Positions 1 to 14,238 of a DNA stretch of 64,000 nt are shown here, piece after piece. The number at the start of each line of letters is the position of its first letter. Position 1 is the stretch's first letter. The notes beneath the pieces are model-generated. The model did no database searches. It was not told the origin of the DNA and saw nothing but the letters and a program-made list of their open reading frames with translations. Position numbers and translations under genes: made by a program. Origin of the DNA: Phoronis australis (Eukaryota; Animalia; Phoronida); NCBI GenBank assembly GCA_002633005.1, contig NMRA01000884.1, forward strand, positions 46,220 through 110,219, in the 5' to 3' direction.

Positions 1-566
1 AAAAAGAATATCGGAAATGAACAAGTTATCAGAAAAGTATAGCTTTTCTACAATTTCGTGACCGTGACCGACAAGTAAACAACGCTACAACGAAAATAGC
101 GCAATTGATAACAGCAGTATTGCCGGGTGACTTTTATTAAAACAAAGGCAACTTCGGCTGCGAGAATGGCAACATAATTCTCAATGATATTCATAAGCTT
201 TGAACTCGTTCAAAAAGTTGTTTACATAGATTATACTATCGATTATTTACAGTATAGGACCGCAAGATTTGACATCAAGTCCAAACAGGCCTCACAGACC
301 ATGCAGTTTAACTAAGGCACATTTTGATGTTATATGTGCTCATTTTAGGTACATAACAATTATAATTATGCATTTAGAAATATAGAATTTATCTTTGTTT
401 TTAGTTCATACCACAATAAAATATTATGTGGAACCCTAGGAACTCTTAACGTTTGCTTTCTGATAGTGACTGTCACATATAAAGATGAAATAATTGAGCA
501 TTGACTCTAAAATGTGTATTTTAACATACGAAATATCGACTTCAATGTCCCTTCAAAACATGTAAC

Positions 567-945
567 GTCCGTACATCTCTCTAAACATGTTAACTACCAG
601 TTGCTGGTCCTCAGTGTTTTGTCTTATGAAATATGCTTCTGGACAGACGCACTTTATTCACACACTCAATGATAACTATAATATCTCTTGATTTGACAAT
701 AAGTACTAGGCCCAAAGATAGGCCTACCATCCATGAATGTAGTGTCCGTAGACATTTTGTAGTGTCCGTAGATCTCTCTAAACACGTTAACTACCAGTTG
801 CTGTTACTTAGTGTTTTATCTGATGGAATATGGTCCTGGCCACACTTTATTCACACAGTCAATTAATGGTACACTGTACATTGTATATCTCTGAAGTTGA
901 CAATAAAAACTACTATCCATGAATATAGCGTCCGTAGACATTTAT
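567..945. repeat. Diverged tandem duplication, unit about 197 bp
   Basis: gtccgta(c/g)atctctctaaaca(t/c)gttaactaccagttgctg occurs at about 567 and 764; downstream cactttattcacaca and tccatgaat..gtccgtagacattt are also duplicated. Confidence 0.75.
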
Positions 946-1889
946 GTCAGTAGACTTAAACGAGGACACTCCATGGCAACAATGTTTAACTGTGGTATAA
1001 AGTTTGTGTAGGTATGTTGCAATTAAAATGAAATAAATACCTAGACTTTATAAAAAGCATTGTCTTGTTTGAGAGTAAATATTAGTTTTAGATTTGTAGC
1101 ATCCGTAGATGCCCATACATTTTTATTATCACTTAAATAGTTGATTATTCAAACAACATTGGCTTCGGATGCTCAAAACAATTGTTCACAAACTGATCAG
1201 GACAGCCAAAGCTACAAATTTATACTGGTGTTGGTATGCCTACATCAAATTAAAAATTCGGTGCTCAAAAATGACCATGATCGTGGATAAGCCGTTCGCC
1301 TTAGTTCTTGAGCGGTGGCAATGCACGTTGACAGTACGGAACAATTATTACAAAATTCCTGAACCCACCTGTGCTTGTTGCCGGTATGTCAACACCATCA
1401 AGTTTCAGTTCATATTGTTAAATGGCACAGACGGCAGGTTACGAAGTACTGACAGGATTCGTTAACACGGATCAAATATGTTATAAGTGTTTTAAATGTC
1501 AAAGGGGGTCTCGAAATCCAGTAGGATTTGTATTAGTGACTAAACAATGCACCTTCCCATAGAAACGCTGAATCGCGTTGCTCCTTTATCACACTAAACG
1601 CCCCCATGTAAACCCACGGAACCTGCAATTATATTACAATAATCTTTGATAATTACCTGAAGTACTGTGTGCACAGGAATGATACACCAGCGTTTTTTTT
1701 TCTAAAATGGGAATTTTTACACAGAGCGCCATAACTTCCACTGACGTGATCTTTTAGAAAATTCATTTTCTAAATTCTAAGCAGCATACTGTAAGTCCCG
1801 ATCTTTACAGTTCGTGGGCGAAAATGTCGAAAATAACATTTTGCAGCTAACTAGAGGAAGAATAGTTTTCGATTTCTCAGCAAAAACTC

Positions 1890-2535
1890 TTGTGTCAATG
1901 GACGTTACAACGAGCACGTGAAATATGATGCAAGTCGGAAAAACACGATTGCGTCTTGGTCGTATTTGTGCATATACAACGTACATGAGACACGTTTAGG
2001 TGATCAAGTAAATTCAGCAGCCATGAATACATGTATTCCAAACAGATTAGTTACATGGATAATGTTTTGCGCAGATTGTTACTGGCTCTCCGACAGCACG
2101 TAACTGGCAAACTGCAGTCTCTCAAAATTGTTACGCGAAAAACCGATGGCAAGCACTACCTTTTTAGCGAAACACAATGAAATCATTTAAATCGTAGAAC
2201 TTTTTAAGTGATACAAGTCATGTGTCAAAGGAAGTTACAGCGAGCACGTGAAATACAACGCCTCGAAAAACACAGTTGCGTCGTGCTCTTCATGCATGCA
2301 CACGGAGCACAATTTGGTGATTAAGAGAATTCTGTATCCATAACACGTTATAACAGATACGTGTACGTGTATTCAAAACAAATTACATGGGTAATGTTTT
2401 GCGCACATTGTTATTGGCTCTCAGATAGCACGTAACTGGTAAACTGCCGTCTCTCGAAATTATTACGCGAAAAATCTATGACAAACACCACGTTTTTACT
2501 GAAACACAATGAAAACATTTAAATCATCGAAACTT
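1890..2535. repeat. Diverged tandem duplication, unit about 330 bp
   Basis: gtgtcaa..gttaca.cgagcacgtgaaata at 1892 and 2222; ataatgttttgcgca..agcacgtaactgg.aaactgc.gtctctc and cacaatgaaa.catttaaatc are shared by both copies. Confidence 0.8.
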
Positions 2536-4718
2536 TGATTTCATAAAATGTTATGCGCACGGTTGTTGTTTTCAGTCCATCATACATGTAAATGGAGCTG
2601 TCAACTGGGTTCCTTGAGTTCGATGTGCCTGATGCTATCCATCGCTGACTATATCGAATAGTTGTTAATGCAACATGTATCCCTAATTTTTTTCTTCTTG
2701 AAATATCTAAGTAACTAGCGACTGTCATTTCATAGAAGTATATATTTTCTAAAATTGAGAATCTATACAAACTAATCATGTCGTTCAAAACAACATAGCA
2801 TCCTCATGTTCACGTGAGCATGCATTTTTCACAAACATGTTTTTATTTGCAAGGTACATGTGCATTGATAGGGAAAAGATCTTTCACCAGGACCCATTTG
2901 CATAAAAGTCATACGCCGTATACTAACAACGACGTCGCATTATCACGCGCCACGTTGTTATTGTTGAACAATGCACCTGACGTCATGCAACAATCAAATT
3001 TATCCAACGGATAACTTTTGAAGCGTTATGCAACTCAGCCCAGCATTCTCCAAGTTTTTGTATTAAAACTTTAATAACAGTGCTCCAATACCACGTCTTG
3101 GATTTTCGATAGTTAGTGCCGAAGTTTTTACTATGAAAAAGGGTACCCGCAACGTTAAGCAAAAACAATTTGTAATTCAATCGATTCATTGGAACAATGC
3201 GCAACGCAAGTTAAAAGAACTGCCTTCCAAATTCAAACAAGTAGCCCAGTAATGCACATGTAAGCCACTCGACATCATTTTATCTGTTTGTTCTACGTCA
3301 CGCTTTTAAGAGTCTTGACTTTTTGAAGTTTCACAAACACTTCAAACTACCGCCCACAGAGGTAATGATACATGTTTGTGTAAATGTTTCAAACTGGTTG
3401 AAGGTCACTAAAACGTGTGTTTACTCTTACCTGTAGAAGGGATAACACACAACGTCCTAACGTCTTAAGTCTTTGGAGATGGTTGATTCTTTCTAAACGC
3501 TATACTGGTCACCTCAATCAAACGATGTCGATCGACTTGCTTGTGTAAATGCCAAATCGCTTCTGGCTTTGTGGTAGCCAGATTGCAGCCTCAAATTGGC
3601 GCGTATTCAAATCGTGGTCAATCACCGGATACGAAGTTGAGCGAATATGTGAGGTGTGCAACAGAGAGGCATGTGTAAATACCGGGGGATACTACCGTGG
3701 AAGGAAGGGATGTGCCGCTTAGTTTCCCTTTGAATGAGTTCCTTATTATTAACAAGTTTCTACGGCATGGATGCCTTTTCCGATTTAAACTCTACAAAGT
3801 GTCCACTTTTGGAAGTTCGAATCTCTTCAAAAAGTTTCCATATTCCAGCCATAAAAAGAGATTTTTTGCAACTACATGTACTGAATACCAAAACTGCCTA
3901 TACGCTTCTACTGGTCCAAGCTTAATGGGCCTAAAATGCAACTGTTGGAGAATCTCTGTGAAAGTGTTTGGTTTGTGGAATTAACCGGAGCAAAAAGGTT
4001 ATGTTTTTGGTACAAAACACTACAAAGGGGCAACTTTTAACGGACTCTCCATGCAAATGGGACTCTTTTTCCAAGTCCACCTCGTAAGAGGTAACGATTT
4101 CCATCAGCAGCCCCCTCAAAAAATCGAGTGTGAGTCAGTTGACTTCATTTTCATTAAGCTTTTAAGACGAAATCATATTTAAGAAACAGGGAGTAGCCTC
4201 CGGCACGGAATTCGTTTTGCTGGGATTAGCGAAACTAAAATTCATATTAGTCTCCACAGCAGTCTCGTGATAATATAAATTACACAATGTTGAATCATCA
4301 ACACATACTAACTGATTTATGTGTGTGTTGGTCAAGCAATTATGGCACACTGTTATTGAAATTAGTAATTCTCACAGGTCTTTTGAGGCTCTAAGGACCT
4401 CGCGTGACACTGTGTCATGCTCTGTTGATATTTGCTCTCCATGTATCGCAATAAATCCGTGAACCATGTTAGATGACCACTACATGTACCTCCTGCAGAG
4501 GAATGCTGTAACTGAGAAGACTTTCCAATGTTCATTGAGCACCACCGCGGACCTTGTCACACTGTAATTAGTGTTGCTGTTGTTTTTGTTTTTGTTTGGT
4601 TCAGACATCATGGTGGCATTTTTTGGCGGGCACCGGAGACAGATATCGGCTCAGAGCATCAGAAAAAGACTGATGCCACAGAAATGTTGGTCATTTTTTT
4701 CTCTGAAAATGTCTATTT

Positions 4719-4798
4719 TTGATACAAATAATCCATACTATGTTTGATACAAACAATCCATACAAAATGTACTATGTTTGATACAAACAATCCATACT
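4719..4798. repeat. Minisatellite, three copies of tttgatacaaa(c/t)aatccatac
   Basis: Three near-identical units of about 22 bp, read directly. Confidence 0.8.
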
Positions 4799-7700
4799 GG
4801 ATATGGTTGAGATGGAGACACCATTTGGTCATATCCCATGGCACATTATGCGTGTGTAAACTGAAAAGAAACCGAATTTTAGAAATACTCACATTGTTGA
4901 CATGTCATTAACGTGATGGGGAGGTTTCCTTTGGGGATATACACATATCAACAAGATTAATTTCCCAAAAAACAACATTTCCAGTGCAACAAAGGTCTTC
5001 TGCGCAAGATGGGAAATTAGTTAAATATATGATTTCCTTTAAATTTACCAGTTTGGAACGCATGGTGAGTTTTGTTTGACAAAATATATCACCAAACTAT
5101 AAGCTTCCTGCACTATTTGTGTTTACCTCATCTTACTACTAATATTTTAAAGTTCTTTTAAACAGTGGGTGGTGTTTCCTCGGAAACCTCATTACAAATG
5201 GAGCGGCAGTTACGTGAGAACCCACAATCCATGAAGCTGCTGCCACTCAATACGGCGGCCGTTATCGCTGGTGGTGCACCACCAAACATAAAAATAAACT
5301 TTTTATTCACTTAAGTTTCAAACAAATTGGAGTTATATTGAATGAGATTTATTTGGGCTCAAGTTTCGACGGAACTAACGCGATAAAATCAGTTTTTAAG
5401 GAAGATTTTAACAAAACTGATTCGGAAAGAATGTCTATAGGCTCACGGAACAGCATATAGACTGCAATCAGATTTGTGAAAAGTGTAACGGAACTTAAGT
5501 ATTTACTTACGTACTCTTGACGTCACTTAGCTGTGACTTTACGTGTAGATGTCAGTATTAGTAATATTCATATTTGATCATTTTCCAAATTTCCAACGAG
5601 TAGCCGCGAGTCTTTAGGATTCAGTAATTAGGGATTGTCATGCAATTTTATCACTAGTAGGGTACCAGGTATTTGGATGTGTTTGGTGTTGGCATTTTGT
5701 AGTAATTTATAAATATCTGTTAGAAAACTGTTTACCTCACAATTGGGCTCAGTGTTGTGAATTGCATATTGCCAGTTTCAAAATAGTGATTACGCTATCA
5801 ACTTCAGGACTTCTTTAATCAAACAGACATGCAGCATTTTGTAATCGCCAAGAAATTCGTCAAGGAATTGGCAGATGGTGCTCTGCCAGTAGTCGAATTC
5901 ATTATATAAGACTGCCGGTTTTTTATAAATGTTTCACAACCGCTTCCACTGGTCGAACTCATTATAGGGTACTGTCAGTTTTTTATAAATATTTCACAAA
6001 TGCTTTCGCTGTGCGACAAATTTTGCCCACGTCTGTTGTAATGAAATGTCCACGAAGAGAGGCACGTGTGTCTTATGTCAGCGTTCTTAGATAAATGCCG
6101 AATTCACACAAAGAATGCACGACCCGCTAAATCCTATTCTCCACTACACAGCTAGAAGACTTTGGTACATATAGCTGCTTCTACTCAAGCTGTCATTAAA
6201 GACCTAAAATCTGCGTTAACCTTTGTGATGTTCAACTATATCGTGTGAAGTTAATGTAGAGTATAAATTGGAGTGTAAGAACAAATGTCCAATTGACTGG
6301 AGTCCTAAGTCACTTTTCTGAAATGTTTTCCTGAAACTTCAACCGACCATTGGTGTTAAACACGTCGACTTTCTTCAGCCGGAGCTTGCTCTTCGACAGA
6401 AACGCCATTGCGTACAAAATCGCCCTTGCCACATTGTCCACATGCAGGCAATGAAATCGAACCACCTTGTCAGTGCCCTGAGATAGCAACCTGCCAGACC
6501 GTTGCAGGTCAGAGGAGTCAGAAACAACGTGGTTTAACAAGCAATACAATCTACTTTAAAACAAGTAAATGAACATGCATACGTTTTACTTCAGTGTCTG
6601 CCTTCAGTCCAGAAACATTATGATGGAACTACAGCACATGGAGGAGTTTAAACCCGGCGATCTCGCCAAACAACAATGCGTCATTGAAGAAAAACCGCAA
6701 TTGCATCCTGAATGGTTGATGAAACAAGGCGACCAATTGGTCTTTGTAATCGTTTACATAGAAATAATGATCTGGAACCGAATACATTTAATGAAAACAA
6801 CATGCCCGACCTAAGTGGGAACAAAACAATCACCTGTGCAAATGACATGCTCTCCGAAAACCAACAGGACACTTTACACATGTTTCGATTTTAGTACTTT
6901 TTAGGCCTATAGCATTTATGGGACATAACAGATTTGCAAAGTTTAAGCGATATTTTGTGACAGTCACACTCATCATAATCGTTTTTAAATAAATAACTAC
7001 CTACATGTATATCATTACTAGTATTATTAATGCACCATGTAAAAATGTCATGTGCATGTACATGTATAATACTCACTCTACACTTTCTAACACGCGGGCC
7101 TCGTCCAGTTCCAGCTTTCCAAATTTTGGTTCCATTTCATTTTCTTCAAGTATGTAAAACAGTCCAATACTTTTATTCCTTATAATTGACATATATTGCG
7201 TTCTCGTTGCAGCGCTCTTAGCAGTGTGTCGAATTACGTCACATGACGCAAGAACGCAAATTCGGGTGAACATTGCCTCTACTACCATAACCTCATTTAG
7301 TATGAATGAAACAATACGAAGAATAATATTGATACATGTTTTTCGGCAACTTCTTGACTGAACGCGAGCACTCGCCCACTCTCATGGCATCAATCGTTAT
7401 TAACACAATTTTGCTAGGAAAGTGATGGAATGCGTGTTCAAATTACAGTTTGAATGACAAATGCACGGATGTTAATCACAGCATTGCCTACAGTACACGA
7501 ACAGTCGGAAGATAACTAAGGTGAAAACAAATTGACCAGCACAGCCACGGTTAGACAATAGACACCACTCATTACAGGCTCAATCTTCGCCATTTTTTTC
7601 CGTCCGAATCACCACTAACTATGCAGCATACACGTTTGCCTAACTAACTCAACCATATGTCAATGTAATGTCCGCTCCCAATTAAAATGTCCATATCTTC

Positions 7701-8990
7701 GTTTGAGGGGTTTCACAGAAATCTGGGAAAATTACGGACAAGTACACGCCAAACAATGCGCCCAGTTCGCTTTTTCCGAAACCAATGGGCTCTAACATTC
7801 CTCTCGATCATGCATATTTCACAAACTGTGAGGCACGTACATGCTGGATATTCGTGTTTTCGTACTTTGTGGAAAGAAATGTCAATCTATCTGGTATCGT
7901 TACGTGCAAACCGTGGGATGAAAGACTTGGCCTTGATGGTCCCCTAATATAGCCTATGCATGCACAAAAATTGAGAAAAGCAAATTTCCATAATAACAAC
8001 CTACAATTGATAATGACTTCTAACGACCTATTAAAGAGTTACCACCGTGCATTTTCTTAAGTTTTGAGGTTTCAGTTACATAATGAAATAAAATAGATTA
8101 AAGTAAATAAGCCCTTTTTGATGCCAAACAGTCGCATTTTTTAATTTTGGAGAAAAATAGTTTCCCGCGAAATGATGTAATGGGTGGAAGTCGTTTGGTC
8201 ACATCAATTGCAATGGCGGAACGCAGCAGATTGTGGTGAAAGAAACTAAATTCACGCATTTATTTGCGGGCATGGTGATGGATTTTACCAGTGCAAAAGC
8301 AAATCCGTCGCCTTTGAAAAGGGCGAGTCAATAGTTTGAAAAAGTGGCGGCATAGTGACGTGTTTTAAACAGCTTAAAAGCTGAAAGAAATATCATTGTT
8401 CCTATGATGTCAAACCTGTCTGAACTACTGGTGGTAACAACATATCAAACCGTGACGTGTATACGTGAAAATGGGAGGACTACACGTACACTGTAGCTGG
8501 GTAAATAGAAAATATTTTACCACTCTAAAAGGACATGATTATTTTGCTCAAACCGGGTCAAGGATAGTTTAAATGGGCAATATCCCTTCTGTTCTACACA
8601 AACATGCCCTTTCTCTGTCTTTTATATTTTAATATAAAATATCCGATTAAATTGCCTATTGGTCAATGTTCGTTAGTCATAAGTTCATATAAATAAAGAC
8701 AGAGATTGGACATTCCAGTATTAATGGACGTGTGAGCCATGTGTCTTATGAGGCGCCATTTTTGTGTTGCAGATCGCTGTTAACAACACGCGTGGTTGTA
8801 GGCAGATAACGGAAATTTGGTTTATTAAACGAAAATGCCACCCGATTCAATTAGTCTTTTTACCGTCTTAATCGGTCTACATCCACGTCGCCTCTTATAC
8901 GGTCGACCTCACCTTGCCGTGAGGTGTCGCGTTAACCTGTGAGGAAGGTGAGAAACGACTCAGCGACGTCAGTGGCTTGTCTGCAGAGTA

Positions 8991-9230
8991 ATGCCGCTAT
9001 ATTGCGGTGCATCGTTCCAGCTTGCCCGAATTGTGAAGCTACGAAGAAAGCGGGTTTATCGTTTTTTCGACTTCCTCGAGAGACCGAAATGCTTAGGAAG
9101 TTGCTCGCTGTACGCTGTTAATAGCAAGTATGAGGTCGTGAAACATCTCCGTGTATGTGGCCGGCATTTCGACGACAGTGATTTCTCTGAAGAATTCCGG
9201 CATATCAAAGAACTATCCATACGTTCCGTT
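8991..9230 (+). pseudogene. Frameshifted THAP (C2CH) zinc-finger remnant, probably from a DNA transposon
   Basis: Two frames join into MPLYC / IVPACPNC...LSFFRLP... / ...HLRVCGRHFDDSDF, matching the THAP pattern C-x-VPxC...F-x-x-P...VCxxHF. The conserved Trp is missing and two frameshifts are needed. Confidence 0.7.
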
Positions 9231-11502
9231 GTCTGTGCATGTTCACGGCGCCTCTCTAGTATTTCGTGATCACTGTATCCCGGTTCGAACTGATAGTCTA
9301 TGAAACCTAACGATCCGAACCGTGAAGTCTTCGTTTTTGAGCTCTTGAATATGTCGGGATAGTGGCGCCGGGCGAGTTGCTATGCATTCTGCGCTCTGTT
9401 TCAAAATGAATTATTCTTATCTTATCCATTGCTTAAAAAATGTGAAACAAAGCCTGTCTCATTAGATACAGTTTGTAATGCCTTTGCAGTATTCGTGAGT
9501 GCAAATGTTGAGAAGCAAGCAATATACAAACCACTGCGTTACTGGCTTTTGATGCCGACAATGAATAAATGTAATTGACGGGGCACCGAGGCCATGTGAT
9601 CGCCTGCTAATTCAGTGTTTGCTGACAGAAAGCTGCTGTGAAACAATTACTCGATTTTATATGCTATGGTCACATGTTAGGGGAATCTTTATTCAAATAA
9701 TTTTTAATGTACAACCTTTGCCCTGACGGTCTTTGGAAGGGGAACCCGACTTTGCGGCCCCCGACAGATAAGTAGATTTTCAGTTTCGTGGCTAATTCTC
9801 GTAAATAATTATTTCTTTGGCTCACTATTATCAGTGTTGTAGTGTGCGCAGGTGCACGTAGGCGCAGCCAGCCACCTTTTGGCATTTGAACGTTGCGCCT
9901 ACGCACCGTAAGTTACGTTCAGGGCTCAAGGTGATACGGTGGGCAATCGGCGCCTATTCACCTCTACTTGTACCACTACAGCACTGGCTATTATAGTCTT
10001 TTCGTGACTGGAGGTTTAGTTTCCAACTCAAGCTGATTTATGTTCGTGCCAGTCCCGGCGGCTGCGACGTCCCCGATCGGGTTCCGAGCCACTGGCCGGG
10101 ATAACAAGTGTTTTGTGTGTTAAGAACTAAAAAAATCCCAAGTCTAAACAACACAGATCTAGTTTTTTTTGTCTGTATTTCACGGAAGAATACTTCGAAT
10201 TTATCTCCGAATATGGACCAAACTCCTGCTGCGGACCTCGGTAAATTAACCTGCCAAATTTTGCATAGGCTACGGTGTGTCCAAACTCCAATAAGACCGT
10301 AGAGCGAAATAAAACAACATGTTTTCATAAGAACTCGATTTATTTTTAAGGGTTTTACATTGAAGTTTGGTGATTTTTTGGTGTTAAACGATGAATTCAA
10401 GCGATAAGCTGACACCATTAACTCGTTTTGTGAACTACTGAACAGACTGCGTGTGAAACCAATGACGTCATTGGATAATTTCAACACCTCCGTCTGCCGT
10501 CTGGTGTCAGGTAACGCAACCGAACGTGCCGTTATCGAGTAGAACTACTTGGTCTAAATTGATACAACATAGGTTGTTTTTTGGGTAGCATTCTCCTTTA
10601 ACCCTTTTACTACATCGAATAAAAGGCGCTTATTAAACATCGCTGAATTCTTCGACTTAGGCCGGTTTTGTTCCATACAACCTACTTTTAATGACGTAGT
10701 AGTCCAAATCTCTGAGTTAAATCACCGCGTTCTTTTAATAAGAATGGGGCCCGTTCCACATAATATTGTTGCTTGTTTTATATGTCCGTTACCAGCAATT
10801 CTATTGACCCGGTGACCGCAGTCATAGCCGAGTAGTCGCTATTTCTCGAAAAATGCCTGCCTCTAGTTTTCAACCCAACGCGTTTTTGAACTTACACATC
10901 ATCGTGGAATGAGCCCTGGTTCTTTGAAAGCGAAGGTTTTCAACACCAGACAAAAATGATATCATGATGTGTATCATCACGTTTAGACGTAAGTCTGAAT
11001 CCAGTACTGCGTGGCAAACTCCAGAAGGATATAGTTATATTTACAAACGATGCCGTGCTTGACGATAGTTCAGAAATAATCAATTTTTAAAATGGCGCAC
11101 GTCTAAACAAGATTTTAAAACTCAACTTCCTCGTTTCCAAAAAGAAGTCCTACTTTGCATCCCCAGCTCTCATAACGTTTCTCACAATATCGTCAAGGCT
11201 GGACAAAGGGACCTCTTTAAAATCATTTTGAAATACACTGTAGCACTCGGTGTCCATTATGGGAAGCCTTGTGAAAACAATGAACCATAAATGAGATGAT
11301 TTTGAAAACTTTGAGGACCATGATGCATCAGCACTTTGCTAAAACATGTATTATGTATACTGCATTGTGTCCTCGTTAAATAAATTCAAAAATATAACGA
11401 TACCGATAACTAGTAATAGTAGTGGAAGTAGTAATAGTAGTAATAGCAGCAATACTAGTAATAGTAATGTAATAGTAATAAAAGTGATTCATGCCGTGCC
11501 AG

Positions 11503-11775
11503 CCCGGAGGGCATTTCTATAGAAGAGTGCCGCCCAAAAAGGTGCTTTTTCATAGCAAAAATACTTTCCAAGATGGTATCATTTTCGACAAAATACTATC
11601 TAAAAGGCCGCCTTTTCTGAATTTCTGGAACAGAACTGTGCGAAAATGTGAAATTTACTCAAGATTAGCCTATAAATCTGGATTACTTTTTTGTCCAAGC
11701 CAGCTCTCTAAACAGGTAGATATCTAATTTTTTCGGGTGACACCCCTCGTCCTAAAATACTCGAGTAACCCCCGG
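11503..11775. mobile_element. Non-autonomous element with CCCGG...CCCCCGG ends (animal EnSpm/CACTA-like MITE)
   Basis: Begins cccggagggcatt and ends tcgagtaacccccgg; no coding capacity. Family assignment rests on the termini only. Confidence 0.45.
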
Positions 11776-12824
11776 CAATGTCATATACCACTTGTTCTTG
11801 ATTTTTGTCATTTTCATTGTTATATGACACTGGTTTCGTAAAATATATCAATGGTACATTTCTCTCATGTGCTTTCGACTTAAAAGTATCAACTACATAA
11901 AATGTAACAAGTTGTTACAATTTTGGAGAGGCTTAGCAACGTAAAATGTAACAACGATGTAAAATGTAATACATGTGTAGTTGTTACATTTTACGAAATT
12001 GTTATATTTTACGGCGTTTCAAAGCAGTTTGTTCGTTATTTAAATTGCAAATACACTTACAAGGAGGCGAGTCCTTCACTGTAACGCTGCTTTCGTGTTT
12101 GGTTGAAACATGATTCTTTAAAATATGCCGAACAAAGTGTGGCTGCCGACTGAGTCACATGTTCCACAGTGACATTTCACACACTCGTGCAGCACACAAA
12201 CCGCAACTCCGAAGTACAGGTAGCTAGGACATTTGAGCACAGAGACGTTTTCAGTCAAGTTGCTGCTACTAAAGCCTCCACAAACGCATCATTTGAAAAA
12301 CGCCGCTCTCCGCGGACTTTCCTCACAACTCATCAGTATCGCACAGGTAAAAACAACAACGGCAGAGGTCTTCCACTCATTACGTACAACCCTGATAACG
12401 GAAAAACATGTTTTATAATTTGCGGCTTGTCTCTTAGCAACAGGTATATTAAAGGTTATTAAACCCCTTAAGCTGTATCAATATTTTTTGACACACGGTC
12501 ATGTTGGGAACTTTTTAAGAGCAATTCACTCCGAAGCACAAACAGTCTTTAGGAAATTTCACTCGGTGCTGCGTGTTTTTGTCCATTTTCGGAATATTGG
12601 ATGAAGCTGCGTAAGCAAAAAAGACGGAAATGCGCCCATGGGGCATTTTCGACAGACCCAAATACGGACAATCCATGTAGCTATAATAGTATAATATAAT
12701 ATAATTATAGGAAATTCGGAAATTGTAACTGTTGGTTCCAGTGTGTGTTCAGACTCTGCGCTCACAGAATGAAATAAAAATACGCTTGCCCTCATCATTT
12801 TCACCCAACGTCTTGTGTTTCTTA

Positions 12825-14238
12825 GAAAGCTGCATAAAGGCACACCAGCAAATGCCAAGGCAGGTTTGAAACGTCATAATTTTCTAAGCGGTGCCGGGGT
12901 AAAAAAATATTCGCATCACCATTGCTAGTCTCAGGTGAAATCCTTTTTTGAAAAAAGGGCAACTAAAATACGGCTACACAGACTTGATTTTCAAAAAACA
13001 GCGACAGCAACCAACAATCCTTTTTTGGTCCTACCCAGGATTTAGGAAATATGTGTTTTTGCATATATATGTAGATGGCAGTACACAGTTGTTCTGTAGC
13101 TCATGTGACTTAAGTCAAAACTGATGACAAGCCGTTACCAGAAAGACACGTGTTAAACCTTTTTAACATAGCATATCTCTTGGTTGTTCGAATATTATGA
13201 ACGCAGAGGACATTGCTCTTATGTAGTTTAAAGAGTTCGTGGTTCCATGTTCCCCGGCTAGCACGGGAATAGAAGCCTATAGTTGACTTTCGAAATAGCC
13301 TCGCCATATTGGATTCACTAAACCCCCAGACTCTGCGATCAACAGCGGATTTGCAGCGCAGACGAACTACGCATTGCGCATGTGCGAGTTACTTCCTTTG
13401 CGAAGGCTCATGGGATAGCTTGTGGTCAGGCATGTCTTGAGCAGGCTGGATAGTGTGTGCATTTAGAGTGATTTGCAAATTAAAAACCACGTTTCATTTT
13501 TTGCTTTATAATACCAAGCAAGTCCTCTCTCTCGTTTGTAAACACAGCGTAGCTATGATCAGTGACCGTGTGACCGAGAGCACGACTGTCGCCGTGTTCA
13601 GTATTGGGGTTATCGGCGTTGATTTCGAAATCTCCTCCTATTTCAGACAAGTTGAGAGTTCTTGGGTTGCTTAACTTTTGTAGCTTTCGTCGTGGATATG
13701 CTAGAGACGTTAATTTTAANGAAAGCTGCATAAAGGCACACCAGCAAATGCCAAGGCAGGTTTGAAACGTCATAATTTTCTAAGCGGTGCCGGGGTAAAA
13801 AAATATTCGCATCACCATTGCTAGTCTCAGGTGAAATCCTTTTTTGAAAAAAGGGCAACTAAAATACGGCTACACAGACTTGATTTTCAAAAAACAGCGA
13901 CAGCAACCAACAATCCTTTTTTGGTCTTACCCAGGATTTAGGAAATATGTGTTTTTGCATATATATGTAGATGGCAGTACACAGTTGTTCTGTAGCTCAT
14001 GTGACTTAAGTCAAAACTGATGATAAGCCGTTACCAGAAAGACACGTGTTAAACCTTTTTAACATAGCATATCTCTTGGTTGTTCGAATATTATGAACGC
14101 AGAGGACACGGCTCTCATGTAGTTTAAAGAGTTCGCGGTTCCATGTTCCCCGGCTAGCACGGGAATAGAAGCCTATAGTTGACTTTCGAAATAGCCTCGC
14201 CATATTGGATTCACTAAACCCCCAGACTCTGCGATCAA
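12825..14238. repeat. Near-identical 518-bp duplication (12825-13342 and 13721-14238) across an N at 13720
   Basis: Offset 896 bp with only a few substitutions; the second copy starts immediately after the N, which suggests a haplotype overlap at a scaffold join. Confidence 0.9.
13344..13719 (+). mobile_element. Interspersed repeat family X, copy 1 (one end of a DNA transposon, truncated by the gap)
   Basis: Starts AGCGGATTTGCAGCG and is highly similar to 23783-24148; it is absent from the duplicate flank, which reads CAATTG at 14236-14241. Confidence 0.8.

Noticed and set aside
4719-4798. CRISPR-like repeats
   Set aside because: Only three units with no unique spacers of regular length, in a eukaryotic context with no cas genes; a minisatellite.
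1100-7300. Scattered protein-like short ORFs (1169-1465, 2983-3204, 3697-4119, 6310-6894)
   Set aside because: No recognisable domain or consistent exon chain could be built by eye; they may be decayed coding DNA but cannot be supported without BLASTX.
12825-14238. Functional gene duplication (repeated ORF MARLFRKSTIGFY...)
   Set aside because: The duplicate starts exactly at an N gap and the ORF has no recognisable domain; probably haplotype overlap of non-coding or repeat DNA.
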